Shown here: positions 38,615 through 52,900 of the stretch, one piece after another | Position numbering within the stretch: the stretch's first letter is position 1 | Layout of the letters: each line of letters starts with the position of its first letter | Source: Torpedo marmorata | Taxonomy: Eukaryota | Length of the DNA: 64,000 nucleotides | Reading direction: 5' to 3' | Assembly: GCA_977017645.1 (NCBI GenBank) | Contig: OZ360227.1 | Location: 148,676,001-148,740,000 of the forward strand | Translations under genes and position numbers: made by a program | Notes under the pieces: model-generated | What the model saw: only the letters and a program-made list of their open reading frames with translations | Database searches by the model: none | Told to the model about the DNA's origin: nothing

Positions 38615-39907
38615 CTGCAAGTAAAAATTAAAAATTATACATTAAAAGAGCAACAATTTGCCAGGATTTTCATCCATCAAATCCGAAGGAGAAGATATCT
38701 TTCAAGAGATCATTAGTTTTTTTCTCAATTTTGCACTAATTTTCTGTCAATTATCTGTAAAGTGCATTGAATGCAATGTCATCTGCTGCCAGACTGTTTT
38801 TTCATCTATGAACCTGCATGTAACACTGCTGTCAACCTCATCTGACACAACAATTTAACATCCACAGTATACGTTAATGTGTGCATAAGTCTTCGATGAT
38901 GACAGGGACAATTGGAAAGGCTGGCTTTTAAAGATGAATCAAGCAGTCAAACACCACAACTTTTGGAGATCTGACCCCACCTCCCCACTCCCCTTCATGT
39001 TTCTATGTCTTACAAAAGTCTTCTCCTTTGATAATTGCATCATAGTGTTTTACAGTACAAAGACCTTTCAGACCACTCAGTTTTCTCAAGCCATCAAGCA
39101 CACTCACGCTAATCTGACCAAAATCTATTTTGCAGTCCCCATACTCCTTCCAGATTGGATCATTTATCAACTGACAAATGACAATTTACAGTGGCCAATT
39201 AACCTATGAATCTTCATGTCATTTGCATGTGGTAAGACATCAGAGTGACTGGAGGAGGCCCACGGTCACAGAAAGAATGTGCAAACTCCATCCACACAGC
39301 ACTGAAAGTCAGGAACTAATGATTACAACTGTGGTATGTTTTCTATTTGAAAATCATTGCATTCTATTCTCCTCTGCTTGAGCATGTTCAAAATGGATAC
39401 ATTTCAAGAATCTAATTTTAGGCAGACAAATCACCAGTCTCTAGCCTCTGGTCCTTGACATCAAGTGCAAGTGCTGGGGCTAGCTTCAGCCCAGTAGCAA
39501 GACCAAAGGCCTGCCAACACAGAAGAAAAACATATATTGTTGACATTAACTTCACTGGTAGAACCCAGTGTTTTTTAATGCAACTGCAGAAAGCTTCTGG
39601 TTTCAGTACAAACCATGAATTTGATTCCCTAAAGAGGAATGATGGGAAAATCACTTAATTTTATGTATTTATCACCAGCCTATAGCATCTGTATAGCTTT
39701 TATTGGTAATATATGGAGGTTAGGATTCACTCTCTGTATGGAGGTCAAGAAGACAGATATACAATATGCAAAATTGTGTCTGTCTTTCTATCTCCAATGC
39801 ATTAATTCAGGAACATCTTCAAACTATGTATCTACAAAGGTTTTTTTTTTCTCTCAAAACCCTCAAGATAATCCCAATACCAAAGTCCTGCTAAAGAAAA
39901 TATAAAT

Positions 39908-40468
39908 TTTCTGAGGCCAAATTTGGAGCACTGTGCAGTTTAGATCACCTGCCCACAGGAAAGATATCAATTGAAAGAGTGCAGAGAAAATTTACAAGGA
40001 TATTTCCAGGACATGAGGAGCTGAGTTATAGGGCAAGGTTGTATATGTTTGGGCTTTATTCCCTGGAGCATCAGAAAATAAGGGAAGATTTAAGAGAGGT
40101 ATACAAAATTATGAGGGGCACAGACAGAGTAAATGCAGACAGGCTTTTTCCACTAAGGTTGGGTGAGATGAGAATTAGGCAACGTGGGTTAAGGTTGAAA
40201 GGTGCAATGTTTAAATTGAAGATCAGGTGGAACTTCTTCACCAAGAGAGTGGTCAAAGTGTGGAATGAGCTGCCAGGGGAAGTGGTGAATGTGGGCTCAA
40301 TTTCAACATTTATGAAAAACATTGGATAGGTACAGTGCATGGATTGGGAGGTGAGCATGGAGGAGTATGATCTGGGTGCAGGTCAATGGGACAAGATAGA
40401 CTAATAACTCAGCTCAGACTAGATGGGCAGATGGGCCTGTTTCTGTGCTGTAGTGCTTTATGATTCTA
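39908..40468 (+). mobile_element. CR1 3'-end fragment
   Basis: QRKFTRIFPG, DLREVYKIMRG, FFTKRVVKVWNELP; CR1-type tail. Confidence 0.85.
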
Positions 40469-40474
40469 TTTAAA

Positions 40475-42598
40475 GATTCAGGATGGGAAGGTCATGTTTG
40501 TCAAATTTATTGCCGTTTTTGAGGATATAACGAGCACAATGGATAGAGGGGAACAGGTGGATGTTGCATATTTGGATTTCCAGAAGGCGTTTGAGTTTAT
40601 GTCACTCTAAAGACCTCTGCATAAGATACGGATGCATAGAGTTGGTGGAAAAGTATGAGCATGGACAGGGGATTGGTTAACCAACAGAAGGCAGAGAGTT
40701 GGGATAAATAGATCTTTCTCTGGTTGGCAATCCGGGGTGAGAAGAGTACCACAGATGTTCAAGACAAAGTTCAAATACAAGTTCAAGTTTATTGTAATCT
40801 GATTGTACATATACATATACAACCTGACAAAACTGCACATCCCCAGACCATAGTGCACACAAACAGACACACAGTACATCCTACACACAAACAACATATA
40901 TACATAGCCATCCAAAATAAATATACATAAAAATAATTTAAGTGTTTCTAGAATTGTTCAAGTTCACCACCTGCCCAAAGAAACTGTTTCACAGACAGGC
41001 AGTCCTGGTTTTGATGCTCCTGAACCTCTTCCTTGAAGGTAGTGTTTCAAAGATACTGTGAGCTGGATGGTAAGGATCCTCAATGATTCTCTGAGCCCTC
41101 TTTAAACTCTTTAAGCACCGCTCCTTATAGATGTCATTGGTAGAGGGAAGGGAGACCTCAGTGATCTTCTTAGCAGTTCCACTCATCCTCTGTACTGACC
41201 TCCGATCTGATGCTTAACAGCTACCATACCACACTATGATGCAGGCAGCCAGGACACTCTCAATTGTGCTGCTATAGAACCTTGTTAGGATGGTGGCTGG
41301 TAGCCTTGCCCTCCTAAACCTCCTTAGGAAGCACCTTCCTAACTAATGAGCAGGTGTTGGGTGTCAAGGATAAGTCATCCTTTAAATGGATGCCAAGATG
41401 GTGGCTGTCTTGAATCCTGTGAGGACAATGGACAGCTGGAGTGAGATATTGAAGATGTTTATTGGGACCTCAGTCAGCTGGTCTGCGCATTCCCTCAGCA
41501 CCCGACCAGGTATGCTATCTGGTCCTGTTGCTTTGTGTGGGTTCACCCTGGATAAGATCCTCCTCAGCTCAGTTGAGGGGACGAGGCTTTCTTTGGTGTC
41601 ATGTTGTTTTCCGCATCGAGCCGTACGTAGAAGATGTTCAGCCTGTCAGGAATGGAGGCGTCATAATCATGACATACATTGACGATTTGGAAGAGGGGAT
41701 CAAGTGTAATGTATCTAAGTTTGCAGATAACACTTAGTTGAGTCGAAAAGCAAATTGTGCAGAGGATGCTGAGAGTCTGCAGAGAGATGTAGATAGGGTA
41801 AGTGAGGGTCCAGCAGATGGAGTGCAATGTTTGTAAATGTGAGGTCATCCAGTTTGGAAGGAAAAGTAGAAGATCAGATTATTATTCAAATGCTGTTGTG
41901 CAGAGGGACTTTGGAGTGCTTGTATATGAATCAGATAGGGTTGCTTTCCTGGTGCAAGAGGAAATCAAGAAAGCAAATGGAATGTTGACCTTTATTGCTA
42001 GAGGGCTTGAATTTAAGAGCAAGGAAATTCTGCTGCAACTATACTGGGTACTGGTTCAGCCGCATCTTGTGTTCTGCGTGCAGCTCTGGTCTCCTTACTT
42101 GAGAAAAGACATGCTGGGTTTGGAGGTGGGGCAGAGGCTGTTCATGAGGTTTATTCCAGAGATGAGGGAGTTAGCCTATGAGGAGAGAGAGATTATATCG
42201 TCTTGGACCTTACTTATTGGAATTCAGGAATAAGAGGGGATCTTAAAGGAACATGTAAAACTATGAAAGGGATAGATAAAATAGAGGAAGGAAAGTTGTT
42301 TTCCATTGGTAGGTGGGACTGGAACTGGGGGACATCCTCTCAAGATTCAGGAGAGTACCTTTAGGATGAAGATGAGGAAGAACTGGTTTTCCCAGAAAGT
42401 AGCAAATCTCTGGAATTCTCTGATTCAGGAAGCAGTACAGGCTGCCTCATTAAATATATTTAAGACAAAGCAGGATTTGCCAAATTACGAGGAAAAAGCA
42501 GATAGATCTGATCCATGGCCAGATCAGCCATGATCTTATTGAATGGTCGAGCAGGCTTGAAATGCCAGATGACCTACCCCGTTCCTGATCCTTATGCT
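40475..42598 (+). mobile_element. CR1 (second subfamily) RT to 3' end, interrupted by a Rex1/Babar-like copy
   Basis: YLDFQKAF near 40570; resumes near 41673 with YIDDLEEGIKCNVSKFAD. Confidence 0.8.
40757..41672 (-). mobile_element. Rex1/Babar-like LINE with internal deletion, nested in CR1
   Basis: (TTGAAC)-type tail near 40757-40790; IIEDPYHPAHSIFETLPSRKRFRSIKTRT (40989..41186). Confidence 0.8.
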
Positions 42599-44046
42599 GT
42601 GAATCGGCAAGTGTCATGTCAAATCTGACTGAAATAATTCCCTTTAGTGTAATAGCAATGGATTGAATTTCATTGGTGAAATGCCATTTGAGGGAAAATG
42701 TCAGGGCAGACTTTGAACAATTCAAATGATGAATCTCAAAAATAGAATATCATCAGATTAAATGATTAAAAATGAGTAAAAAGAGAGACTTTATCAACAA
42801 CAATTTAGACATAATTCTCTCTGACATGGAATTATGCTGAGAAGAAAGACAGCGTTCTTTCCAAATCCGCTAACAAACAAGGAGTGCAGTGATTTTAACA
42901 AATGTAGCAGACCTAGATGTTTCACACTGAGGTGGCCGAGGATGTAGTTGATGTTTAATTAGCATGTGTGGCTGCCAACATTGTTCTTGTCAACACTTCT
43001 AATAAATTCTGCAAATATGCTTTTTCTTTCCATGCATAATAATTTGTTGCATTGATGCATCCTATGTTATGCAGCACAAAATGTTGTCTGATATTACAAT
43101 TATGCTTATCAGGTTTTAATGTTTTGCATTAATCTGGTGATTCTATCTATATTGATCAAAATGCAACTAAAATAAAACCATTACTTCTGTTTGTCTTGAT
43201 ATGAAGTGATTTTCTTTGATTTTACTCATAAAATATATTAATTCCTACTGAGAACAGAAAATGTTCCCTGCTTACAATGAAAAGCTGGAGGGACAGCAAA
43301 TCAGACAGCATCAATGGAGAGAAATTAACTATCAATGTTTCAGGTTGGGTCCCTTTTTTGAGTAAATGTGGTCACTTGTCACTTCTATGGAGAGAGAAAA
43401 AAAAGTTAAATGTTCCAGGTTGATGACCTTCTATTAGGATGAATGGAAGGCTGTCAATCTGAAGCATTAAATATGTAAGACTTTTTTTCCCTTTCCACAG
43501 TCTCAAGTTGACCCACATTTTCTGGTTAGATTTTAGAATTTCAGAACATTATCAGATAACTTTGATGAGTGTGTTAGGAATGGCCTTGGACAACCGAAGC
43601 ACGTACTGCATCCTACTCAACTAATCACCAACAAATAATACAAGCTAGTGTTCAAGTTTGTTCAGCAATAATTGAACCGATATGATGATAAATGATAAGC
43701 AAGCATTGCCAAAGTTGTTATTAGAGTTTGCCATTGATGGAAAACCCTAAACTGTGGAATTTGTTGACTTTGTAGTATCATTTTGAAAATTACAACACGA
43801 TGCTTAAAGGATGATAAGGTTAAAACCTCATGAAATGCCCCATAATTCTACGTTATCATTGCTTCAGCATGGAAAACTTCACTGCTTAATAACAGCAGTG
43901 ATTTGATGGGCAACTCCAAATTGTCAATTCTAACACTCTTCTTAACAACTATTATTTTTTCCCATGTCACTCTCACCAAGTCTACTTCTTAATGACATGG
44001 TGTAACAAACCACTTTTGGGTTATGAAAACCAATATCATACACTAA

Positions 44047-44321
44047 CATTTAAATTTTAAATTTAGACATACAAACACACAGCACGGTAACAGGCCATTT
44101 CGGCCCATAAGCCTGTGCCGCCCAGTTACACTCAAATGACCTACAACTCCCGGTACGTTTTTTCAAACAGTGGGAGGAAACCGGAGCCCCTAGAGGAAAC
44201 CCATGCAGACACGGGGAGAACATACAAACTCCTTACAGACAGTGCGGGATTCGAACCCCGGTCCCGATCACTGATGCTACAACAGTGTTGCGCTAACCGC
44301 TACGCTAACCGTGCCACCCCA
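44047..44321 (-). mobile_element. tRNA-derived V-SINE
   Basis: Same family as 23195-23448 and 48529-48810. Confidence 0.87.
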
Positions 44322-45080
44322 TTTTAACAGAATATTACACATGCATTATTCACTTTTAATCTTAAACACTCAGTATGTTTCAAGATGAACAGGACAACAG
44401 AATAATTTCCATTTATAATTTATAAATAAGCTATATAAAAAAAAATAATTAACATATGTTGCAGATTCATATGTCTTTGTTTAATGTTTCAGTTGTACAA
44501 CAGCTTTCATTTATATAGCAACTGCACTATACAACACCTCAAGGTATTATCAGACAAAATTTGGTAATAAACCTAGGAAAGGGGCACCCCTGTGGCCGTT
44601 CCCCTCAATAACATGTATACCATTTTGGAAACTGTTGGGGGGGGGAACGACCTACCAGGGACAAGCCACAGCGATCAGGTCTCTGGCACGGGGTCTGGTC
44701 CTGTGGCTAAGGAGGGATGGGAGGAGAAGAGGCGAGCTGTAGTGATAGGGGATTCCATAGTTAGGGGGACAGATAAGAGGTTCTGTTAAAGAGATCGAGT
44801 ATCCCGGATGGTATGTTGCCTCCCTGGTGCCAGGGTCCGAGATATCTCAGATCGAGTTCACAGCATTCTCAGGAGGGAGGGTGAGCAGCCACATATCGTG
44901 GTCCATCTAGGGACCAATGACGTGGGTAGGAAGGGTGAGGAGGTCCTGCAAGGAGAGTTCAGGGAGTTAGGCACTAGGTTGAAGGACAGGACCTCCAGAA
45001 TTGTGATCGCAGGGTTGCTACCTGTGAGGTTAGAAATAGGAAGATAATGCAGCTTAACATGTGGCTAAAGACATGGTGCA

Positions 45081-45270
45081 ATAGACAATAGACAATAGGG
45101 GCTGGAGTAGGCCCTTCGGCCCGTCGAGCCGGCACCTCCATTTTACAGATCATGGCTGATCACTACTATCAGTACCCCTTTCCAGCTTTATCCCCATAAC
45201 CCTTAACTCCCCTGCCCACTAGAGGAATTAAGGGTTATGGGGATAAGGCTGGAAAGGGGTACTGATAGGA
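45081..45270 (-). mobile_element. Short CR1-tail insertion with a fold-back duplication
   Basis: (TATTGTC)n tail on the minus strand; TSD GTGCA at 45076-45080 and 45271-45275; inverted arms 45166-45210 and 45224-45268. Confidence 0.85.
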
Positions 45271-45849
45271 GTGCAGGAGGGAAGGCTTCAGGTTTCTGGA
45301 TCATTGGGCTCTCTTCCAGGGAAGGTGGGACCTGTTCCGATGGGACGGTTTGCATCTGAACTGGAGGGGGACTAATAGGTTTGCTAGTGCTGCTCTGATG
45401 GGTTTAAACTAGATTTGCAGGGAGTGGGAACCAGAGGGCAGATATAGTGGAGGAGGGAAAAAATGATGTGAAAATTGCATGCACCATTAGACGTCAATGG
45501 GTTGTACATGGTGTAAATGTTCTCAGGTGCATCTATTTCAATGCAAGGAGTATTGTAGGAAAGGCAGATGAGCTTAGAGTGTGGATTGGCATGTGGAATT
45601 ATGACACTGTGGCCATTAGAGAAACTTGGTTGTAGGAGGGGCAGGACAGGCAGCTCAATGTTCCGGACTTTCGTTGCTTTAGACACGATAGAACAGGGGG
45701 GATGAAAGGGGGAGGAGTGGCATTGCTCGTCAGGGAAAATATCACAGCTGTGCTCAGGCAGGACAGACCAGAGGGCTCATCCACTGAGGCTATATGGGTG
45801 TAGCTGAGAAACGGGAAAGGTATGACCACACTCATGGGGTTGTATTATA

Positions 45850-46189
45850 TTTCACACTGCCGTTTACATGTGGGTTGAACCGGGTAATTTATCGGGTCCG
45901 TACCCGGTAATCGCGCGGTGTGAAACGTCCCAACCGGGCAGGGCGAGTTAAATTCAACCGGGCTCTGACACTTGGTGGGGGCAAGTGTCAGAGCCCGGCC
46001 GAGTTAACTCACTAATCGCCTTCTGGCGGTGTGAAAGCACAACCTGCTCTCACATTGTCACCGCTGGAGCTTAAAATCCCGGGTTGCCGATTAACTTGGT
46101 AAATCACGGTGCAGTGGGAAAAGCTCCCGAGAGTAGGATGCCCAGTAAGTTTACTCGCTTCCTAGGAGGGTTGGCAGTGTGAAAGGGGC
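45850..46189. mobile_element. MITE, probably PIF/Harbinger-type
   Basis: TTTCACACTGCC ... GGCAGTGTGAAAGGGGC termini (left end clipped); interrupts CR1 GGGTTGTATTATA|GACTGCCC; central palindrome. Confidence 0.75.
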
Positions 46190-47004
46190 TATAGACTGCC
46201 CAATAGTCAACGAGAATTGGAGGAGAAAATCTGTAGAGAGATAGCAGACAGCTGCAGGAAACATAAGGTTGTGAGGTTCTATAATCTTATCTACTTTTCT
46301 TTCCAAATTGGATGCCCCCACGTTTACCAACATTCTCCATACGCCAGACCCTCGCCCACTCACTTAACCTGTCTATTCCTCGGCTGGATGGGAAGGGTAT
46401 GGAGGTTATGGTCTGGGCACACATCAATGGGATTAGGCAGGCTAGTACAATAAGGACATTTAAAAGACTCTTAGACGGGTACAAAATGCAAGAAAAATAG
46501 AGAGTTATGGGTGTTAGGTAGGGAAGGTTTAGACTGTTGAGTAGGTTTATATGTGCTATAATGTTCGAAGAGTTTTGGCATGGACTAGATGGGCCAAAGG
46601 GCCTGCTTCTGTGCCGTGATGTTCTATGGTGATGATGTTCTAAATATTGCAAAAGATGGTTAAAATCCTGGGTTAAAGATGGTTTCAAGGTGTAAGGAAA
46701 GAGATGTTAAAACATGATTCAGTGGTTCAGAGTGCAGGGCCTCAGGTGATTGAATGCACAGGCACAGTGTCACAGTGACTAAAACTGGGGATGTGGAAGA
46801 TGTCAGGATGAAGAGGAGGACGATAGAGCTGGAGGATTTTACAGTTGCAGAAAGAATCAAGATCATCAATACTGTGGAGAAAGCATGAGGACTGGGAAAC
46901 TTGGGGCAGACAGTGCTAGTGTCTTGAGAACAGTCGGTATTGTAGTTGAGGAGGAGCAAAGATGTGTATGAAGATAGACAATATCTCCAGGGCCTTTTCA
47001 GATA

Positions 47005-48485
47005 CATCCAAGGACACTGTGGGAAATGAGAGGAAATTGCAGGTGCCCTGGCTGAGATTTATGAGACGTCACTAGTACAAGTGAGGTGCCGAAAGACTGA
47101 AGGGTCAGAAATATTGTGCTGTTATTCAAGAAAGACTGTAAGGAAAAGATTGGGAACTACAGGCCAGTGAGTTTAATATCTGTGGTTGGTAAGTTATTAT
47201 AGAGCATTTTGAAGGAGAAGATACACATTCAGAGGTCATGTCTCACAAATCTAATTCATTTTTTTTTTAAGATATGACCAAGAAGGTTGATGAGGGCAGA
47301 TCTGTAGGCATTACATATATAGATTTCAGCAAGGCATTCAATAAGGTTCTGAACCGTCGGCTGCTCCGGAAGGTTAGATCACATGGGATCCAAGATGAGA
47401 TAGCAGAATGGATAGAAAATTTGCTTCATGGTAGAAAGCAGAGGCTAATGGTGAAAGGTTGTTTTTCAGACTGGAGGCCTGTGACTGGTGGTGTGCCATG
47501 GGGTTTGGTGCTGAGCCCATTGCTGTTTGTTATATCAGTGATTTAGATGAAAATGTACATGGTATGATTTGCAAGTGTGCGGAAGATACAAAAGTGTCTG
47601 GTATTGTAGATAGTGAAGATGGTTGCCAAAGATTGCAGCAGGATCTTGATCAGTTGAGTAGGTGGGCAGAGGATGATTGAAGGAATTTCATACAGGAAAA
47701 TGTGAGGTGTTGCATTTTGGAACGTCTAACATGGACAGGACCTATACAGTGAATGGTAGAGATCTGGGGAGTGTTGTAGAGCAGAGGGATCTGGGAGTAC
47801 AGGTACATAGTACCTTGAAAGTGACATCACAGGCAGATACAATGGTCAAAAACACTTTTGGCACATTGGCCTTCATCAATCAAAGTCTTGAGCAGACAAG
47901 TTAGGAAGTCATGTTGCAGTTGTACAAGATGTTGTTGAGGCCCCATTTGGAGTATCATGTTCAGTTTTGGTCACCATTCTATAGGAAAGATATAGTTAAG
48001 CTGGAGGGAGTGCAGAGAATATTCATGTTACAATGACTTGGGGGGCAGAGATATAGGGAGAGGCTGAGCAGGCTATTATTTCTTGGAGCATAGGAGGATG
48101 AGTGGTAATCTCACAGAGGTAAACAAGATCATGAGTGGAATAGATCAGGTGAACACAAAGAGCCTTTTGAAAAGAGGAGGAGAATCAGTAACTAGAGGAC
48201 ATACAGTAGGTTAAGATGAGGTGGAGCAATTTTACAGTAACCAGCTGCGGTATCTTTTTGACACAGAGGATGGTGGGTGAATGGAATGGTCTGTCAGAGG
48301 AGGTGGTTGAGAAGGGACTATAGCAAATTTTAAGAACAAAATCTGATAGATACATGGATGGGATAGGTTTAGATGGATATAGGCCAAACGGAGGCAGGTG
48401 GGACAAGTGCAAGTGGGACATTTTGGTCGGCGTGGGCAAGTTGGGCAGAAGTGCCTGTTTCCACGCTGTATGACTCCATGGCTAT
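47005..48485 (+). mobile_element. Decayed CR1 ORF2 and 3' end
   Basis: YIDFSKAFNKV, GVPWGLVLSPLLF, KCEVLHFG; tail TGTATGACTCCATG. Confidence 0.85.
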
Positions 48486-48528
48486 AAATAGATTAAAACA
48501 AATAAAATTACCGTAAGTAGCAGTTTAG

Positions 48529-48810
48529 TGGGTGGCACGATTGGCGTAGCGGTTAGCACAACGCCTTTACAGCGCCAGCGATCGGGACCGGGGTTTGCAT
48601 CCCGCGCTGTCTGTAAGGAGTTTGTACGTTCTCCCCGTGTCTGCATGGGTTTTTCCCGGGGGCTCTAGTTTCCTCCCACCGTTCAAAAATGTACTGGGGG
48701 TGTAAGTTTATTGGGTGTAAATTGGACGGCACAGACTCGTGGGCCAAAATGGCCTGTTACCGTGCTGTATGTCTAAATTTAATTTAAATATAAATTTAAA
48801 ATTTAAATTT
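48529..48810 (+). mobile_element. tRNA-derived V-SINE with (AAATTT)n tail
   Basis: A-box TGGCGTAGCGG, V-domain and AAATTT repeats. Confidence 0.87.
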
Positions 48811-49925
48811 ACTTGGGAATCCATTTAGGTACAAAGAAAGTGAGAGTGATAGATAAATGGGATCGTACAACATAATACAAGTTGGCCAAGGACAACAGAG
48901 CTTTAGATAATTTCAAATATATGTTGGTGCAGAACACAGAAAGCCAACACGACATTGGAATAGACAATTTTATACCGTGCTGATGAAGATTTTGCCTCAG
49001 AAGCAGATTCATGGAACTGGAAGCAGGTCACCTCAGCGTCAAAAGTCACACCGAGTTTACAAACAAATTGGGTTCAGATTTAAGCATTCCCCTGGAATCA
49101 GTGTCAAGGGAACAGAATTTGTGGCAGGGACTGAAGCTAAAGGCTTCTGTTTACCCAACATTGCCCTACGGGGGCTGTGAGATGCTCTATAGCACCATCA
49201 CAGGAGTATATGGAACCAGGTGACGATGAGGATGAAGAAGCGCTACTGCGCATGCGCGAGAAGTTGCACAAGCGCAGAACACAAAAAATCCAAATTGTCA
49301 GCGAACAGGACACTACACCCCAGGCCAGCGACGAAGAAGAGGAATATGAACAAGAATTACCAACACCTATAGTTCCTAAAGACAAAGGTAGGAAACCTAA
49401 ACTGGATGAGGAAAGATATATATCCATAATGAGAAAATTTAAAGAGTTGAGAACAGAAATGAAAAGTTATTTTGAAGTGGTAATAAAAGTGAATAACAGA
49501 ATGGACAAAGTTAATAAAAAAGTTAAAAATATTGAGAATGAGATGGAAGGAGTACAAGGAAGAGTGGATCGTATGGAAAATAATACAGATGCATGGATTA
49601 GTGAAAGAAAACAGCTCTGGGATTGATGAGCTCATCAATAACTCCAAAAGACTAGAAGTTACACAAGAACTGAAAGGCTTTTATTGGCAAAAGAATGGAG
49701 CTACATTCGTGCTGATGATCTGTCCCGGACTGGGGGTGAAGCAGTGGCACAATGGCCTTTATTCAAGGGGGTCTGTGGGAGGAGCCACCGGGACAGTCAG
49801 CAGGGGCATGTCCAGACTTATCACCCAGCCCACAACCCATACACAGTGGTTTACCACATTCACCCCTCCTTTTTAAAAGAGTCCAGCGGGGTGAAGGGTA
49901 TAACAGTATTTACAAGAAATTAAAA

Positions 49926-52900
49926 TTACAAATTGAGTCGATCAGGCGGTCGAGTCCGCCGCTGTGATCGGCGCAGTACTTGTGGTGATGGGGCAGGTGG
50001 CAGAGCTGCCTGCTGCCTGATCTGGAGTACCGGCACGTCTGGTGATCGCGAAACCTCAGATGAATATGCTGGTAAGTTTGGTGTCTCTTGTGTGTCCTTA
50101 GTGGTAGGTAAGGGGGTAACCGTAACTACGGGGTGGTCGAGGGCAGCGGCGGGTCCCAGTGCTCCTGCGGACGCCAGGTCCCGGATGGAAACCGTGTCTT
50201 CCCGCCCATCAGGAAAAGCCACGTAGGCGTACTGGGGGTTCGCGTGTAATAATTGGACCCTCTCGACTAATTTATTTATTTATTGCTCCTGACATGTTTC
50301 CGGAGCAGCACTGGCCCTGAGGACGTCAGCCATGCTGGTAGGGTAGTCCCGGTGGTCGACTTCTTGGGGAAGGAAAAGAGTCTCTCATGAGGTGTAGCAT
50401 TGGTGGATGTACATAGCAGGGATCGGATAGAGTGGAGTGCCTCGGGAAGGACTTCTTGCCAGCGGGAGACTGGTAATCCCGTAGACCTGAGGGCTAAGAG
50501 TGTGGCTTTCCAGACCGTGGCGTTCTCCCTCTCCACTTGTCCATTACCCCGTGGGTTATAGCTCGTGGTCCTGCTAGTCGCGATACCCTTGGCCAGCAGG
50601 TATTGTCGCAGCTCGTCACTCATAAATGAGGACCCTCGGTCGCTATGGATGTAGCAGGAGTATCCAAACAGCGTGAAGAGTTTGTGGAGGGCCTTTATGA
50701 CTGAGGTGGTCGTGGTATCGGGGCAGGGGATGGCGAAAGGGAACCGCGAGTACTCATCAATAACGTTGAGGAAGTACACATTGCGGTCGGTGGATGGAAG
50801 GGGGCCCTTAAAGTCGACGCTTGGTCGCTCAAATGGGCAGGTCGCTTTTATTAACTGTGCCTTGTCAGGACGGTAGAAGTCCTGACCTCTTCCAGGGAGT
50901 ACAGTAGATTACGGGCTTTCACAAAGTGAAAAAGCCTGGTGACTCCGGGGTGGCAGAGGTCACAGTGGAGGGCATATAACCGGTCGATCTGTGTGCTAGC
51001 GCACGTCCCCCAGGATAGAGCGTCGGAGGGATCATTGAGCTTCCCGGGCCGGTACATTATATCGTAGTTGTTGGTGGAGAGTTCGATCATCCACCTCAGA
51101 ATTTTATCATTTTTGATTTTACCCCGCTGCTGGTTGCTGAACATGAATGCGACTGAGCGTTGGTCAGTCAGCAGGGTAAACCTTTTTCAGGCGAGATAGT
51201 GCCTCCAGTGCCTGATAGCTTCCACTATGGCTTGGGCCTCTTTCTCCACCGCTGAGTGCCGAATTTCTGGGCCTTGAAGGGTACGGGAGAAGAACGCCAC
51301 CGGTCTTCCCGCCTGGTTGAGGGTAGCAGCCAGTGCGAAGTCGGACGCGTCACTCTCTACTTGGAAGGGAGTGGACTCGTCCACTGTGTGCATTGCTGCT
51401 CTGGCAATGTCCCCTTTTATGAGGCTGAAAGCCTCACGTGCATCCGTTGAAAGGGGAAAAGTGGTGGACTTGACAAGGGGGCGGGCCTTGTCCGCATAAT
51501 TAGGGACCCATTGGGCATAGGAGGAAAAGAAACCCAAGCACCTTTTGAGGGCTCTGAGGGTGTGGGGAAGCGGTAGTTCCAACAGGGGGCGCATGCGGTC
51601 GGGGCCGGGGCCGATGACCCCGTTCTCCACAACACACCCCAGGATAGCGAGTCGGGTGGTCCCGAATACGCACTTATCCTTGTTATAGGTGAGGTTAAGT
51701 GCTTTGGCCGCCTGGAGGAACTTCTGAAGTTTGTTATCGTGGACCTGGCAGTCGTGGCCGCAGATGGTGATGTTATCTAAGTATGGAAAAGTGGCCTTTA
51801 ATTTGCATTGGTCCACCATCCTGTCCATCTCCCTCTGGAAAATGGATACGCCATTTGTGACACCAAAGGGAACACGCAGGAAATGATAGAGTCTGCCGTC
51901 CGCCTCGAAAGTGGTGTAGGGGCGGTCCTCCCGGCAAATGCGGAGCTGGTGGTAGGCAGATTTGAGGTCTATGGTGGAGAAAAGCTTATACTGAGCTATC
52001 TGGTTCACCATATCTGCAATGCGTGGTAGAGGGTACGCGTCAAGCTGCGTGAACCTATTGACGGTCTGACTATAATCTACCACCATACTGTTTTTGTCCC
52101 CGTTCTTGACGACAACCACCTGGGCCCTCCAGGGACTTGTACTCGCCTCGATGATCCCTTCCCCAAGTAACCGCTGCACTTCTGACTTAATGAATGCCCT
52201 GTCCCCTGCGCTATATCTCCTGCTTTTGGTTGCCACAGGTTTACAATCAGGGGTCAGGTTGGCGAATAGCGATGGGGGCGGGATCTTGAGGGTGGATAGA
52301 CTGCAAGTAGTGTGGTGTGACAAAATATTCTTGCTGTTCTTAAGGTGATTGCCGACAGTAATCGGTGGGAGGGGCTCGTCATAATCTATAGTCACACTTT
52401 GGAGGTGACTCTGGAAGTCGAGGCCCAGTAGTACAGGTGCGCACAGTCGGGGCATGACCAATAGCGTGAAGTCCCGGTATTCCGTGCCCTGTACCACTAT
52501 CGTCGCTACACAACCCCCCTGGATGTCTGTTGTGTGCAATCCGGAAGCCATGGAAACCCTCTGGCTTACCGGCTGTGTCGTGAGGCCGCATCGCTGTACC
52601 GTGTCAGGGTGGATGAAGCTCTCTGTGCTGCCTGCGTCGAACAGACAGTTTGTCCTGTGTCCCTCGACCAGAATGTTCATCATCGACCTCGCGAGTTGGT
52701 GGGGTGCACTCTGGTCGAGTGTAACTGACGCCAACGTTGGATCGCTGTCTTGATCCGACGTCGCGATGGAGTGCCTGCTGTCCCGGGATAGCGGCACCCT
52801 GTGTCGGCTCGTTGGCGTGGAACAAAATGGCCGCTCCCATGACTCGCACGTGTTGGCGGCGGGTAGGTAAGATGGCGGCGACAGAAGTGACGAAACACAA

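Larger units (their letters stand above)
44578..46273 (+). mobile_element. CR1 fragment (ORF1 esterase and start of ORF2 endonuclease) with two nested insertions
   Basis: VVIGDSIVRG, VCCLPGARV, VHLGTND, CIYFNARSIVGKADEL; homologous to 5900-7080. Confidence 0.88.

Noticed and set aside
48529-48610. tRNA genes at SINE heads (also near 23370-23448, 37905-37960, 44240-44321)
   Set aside because: Each continues into a V-SINE body and tail, so they are SINE heads rather than tRNA genes.
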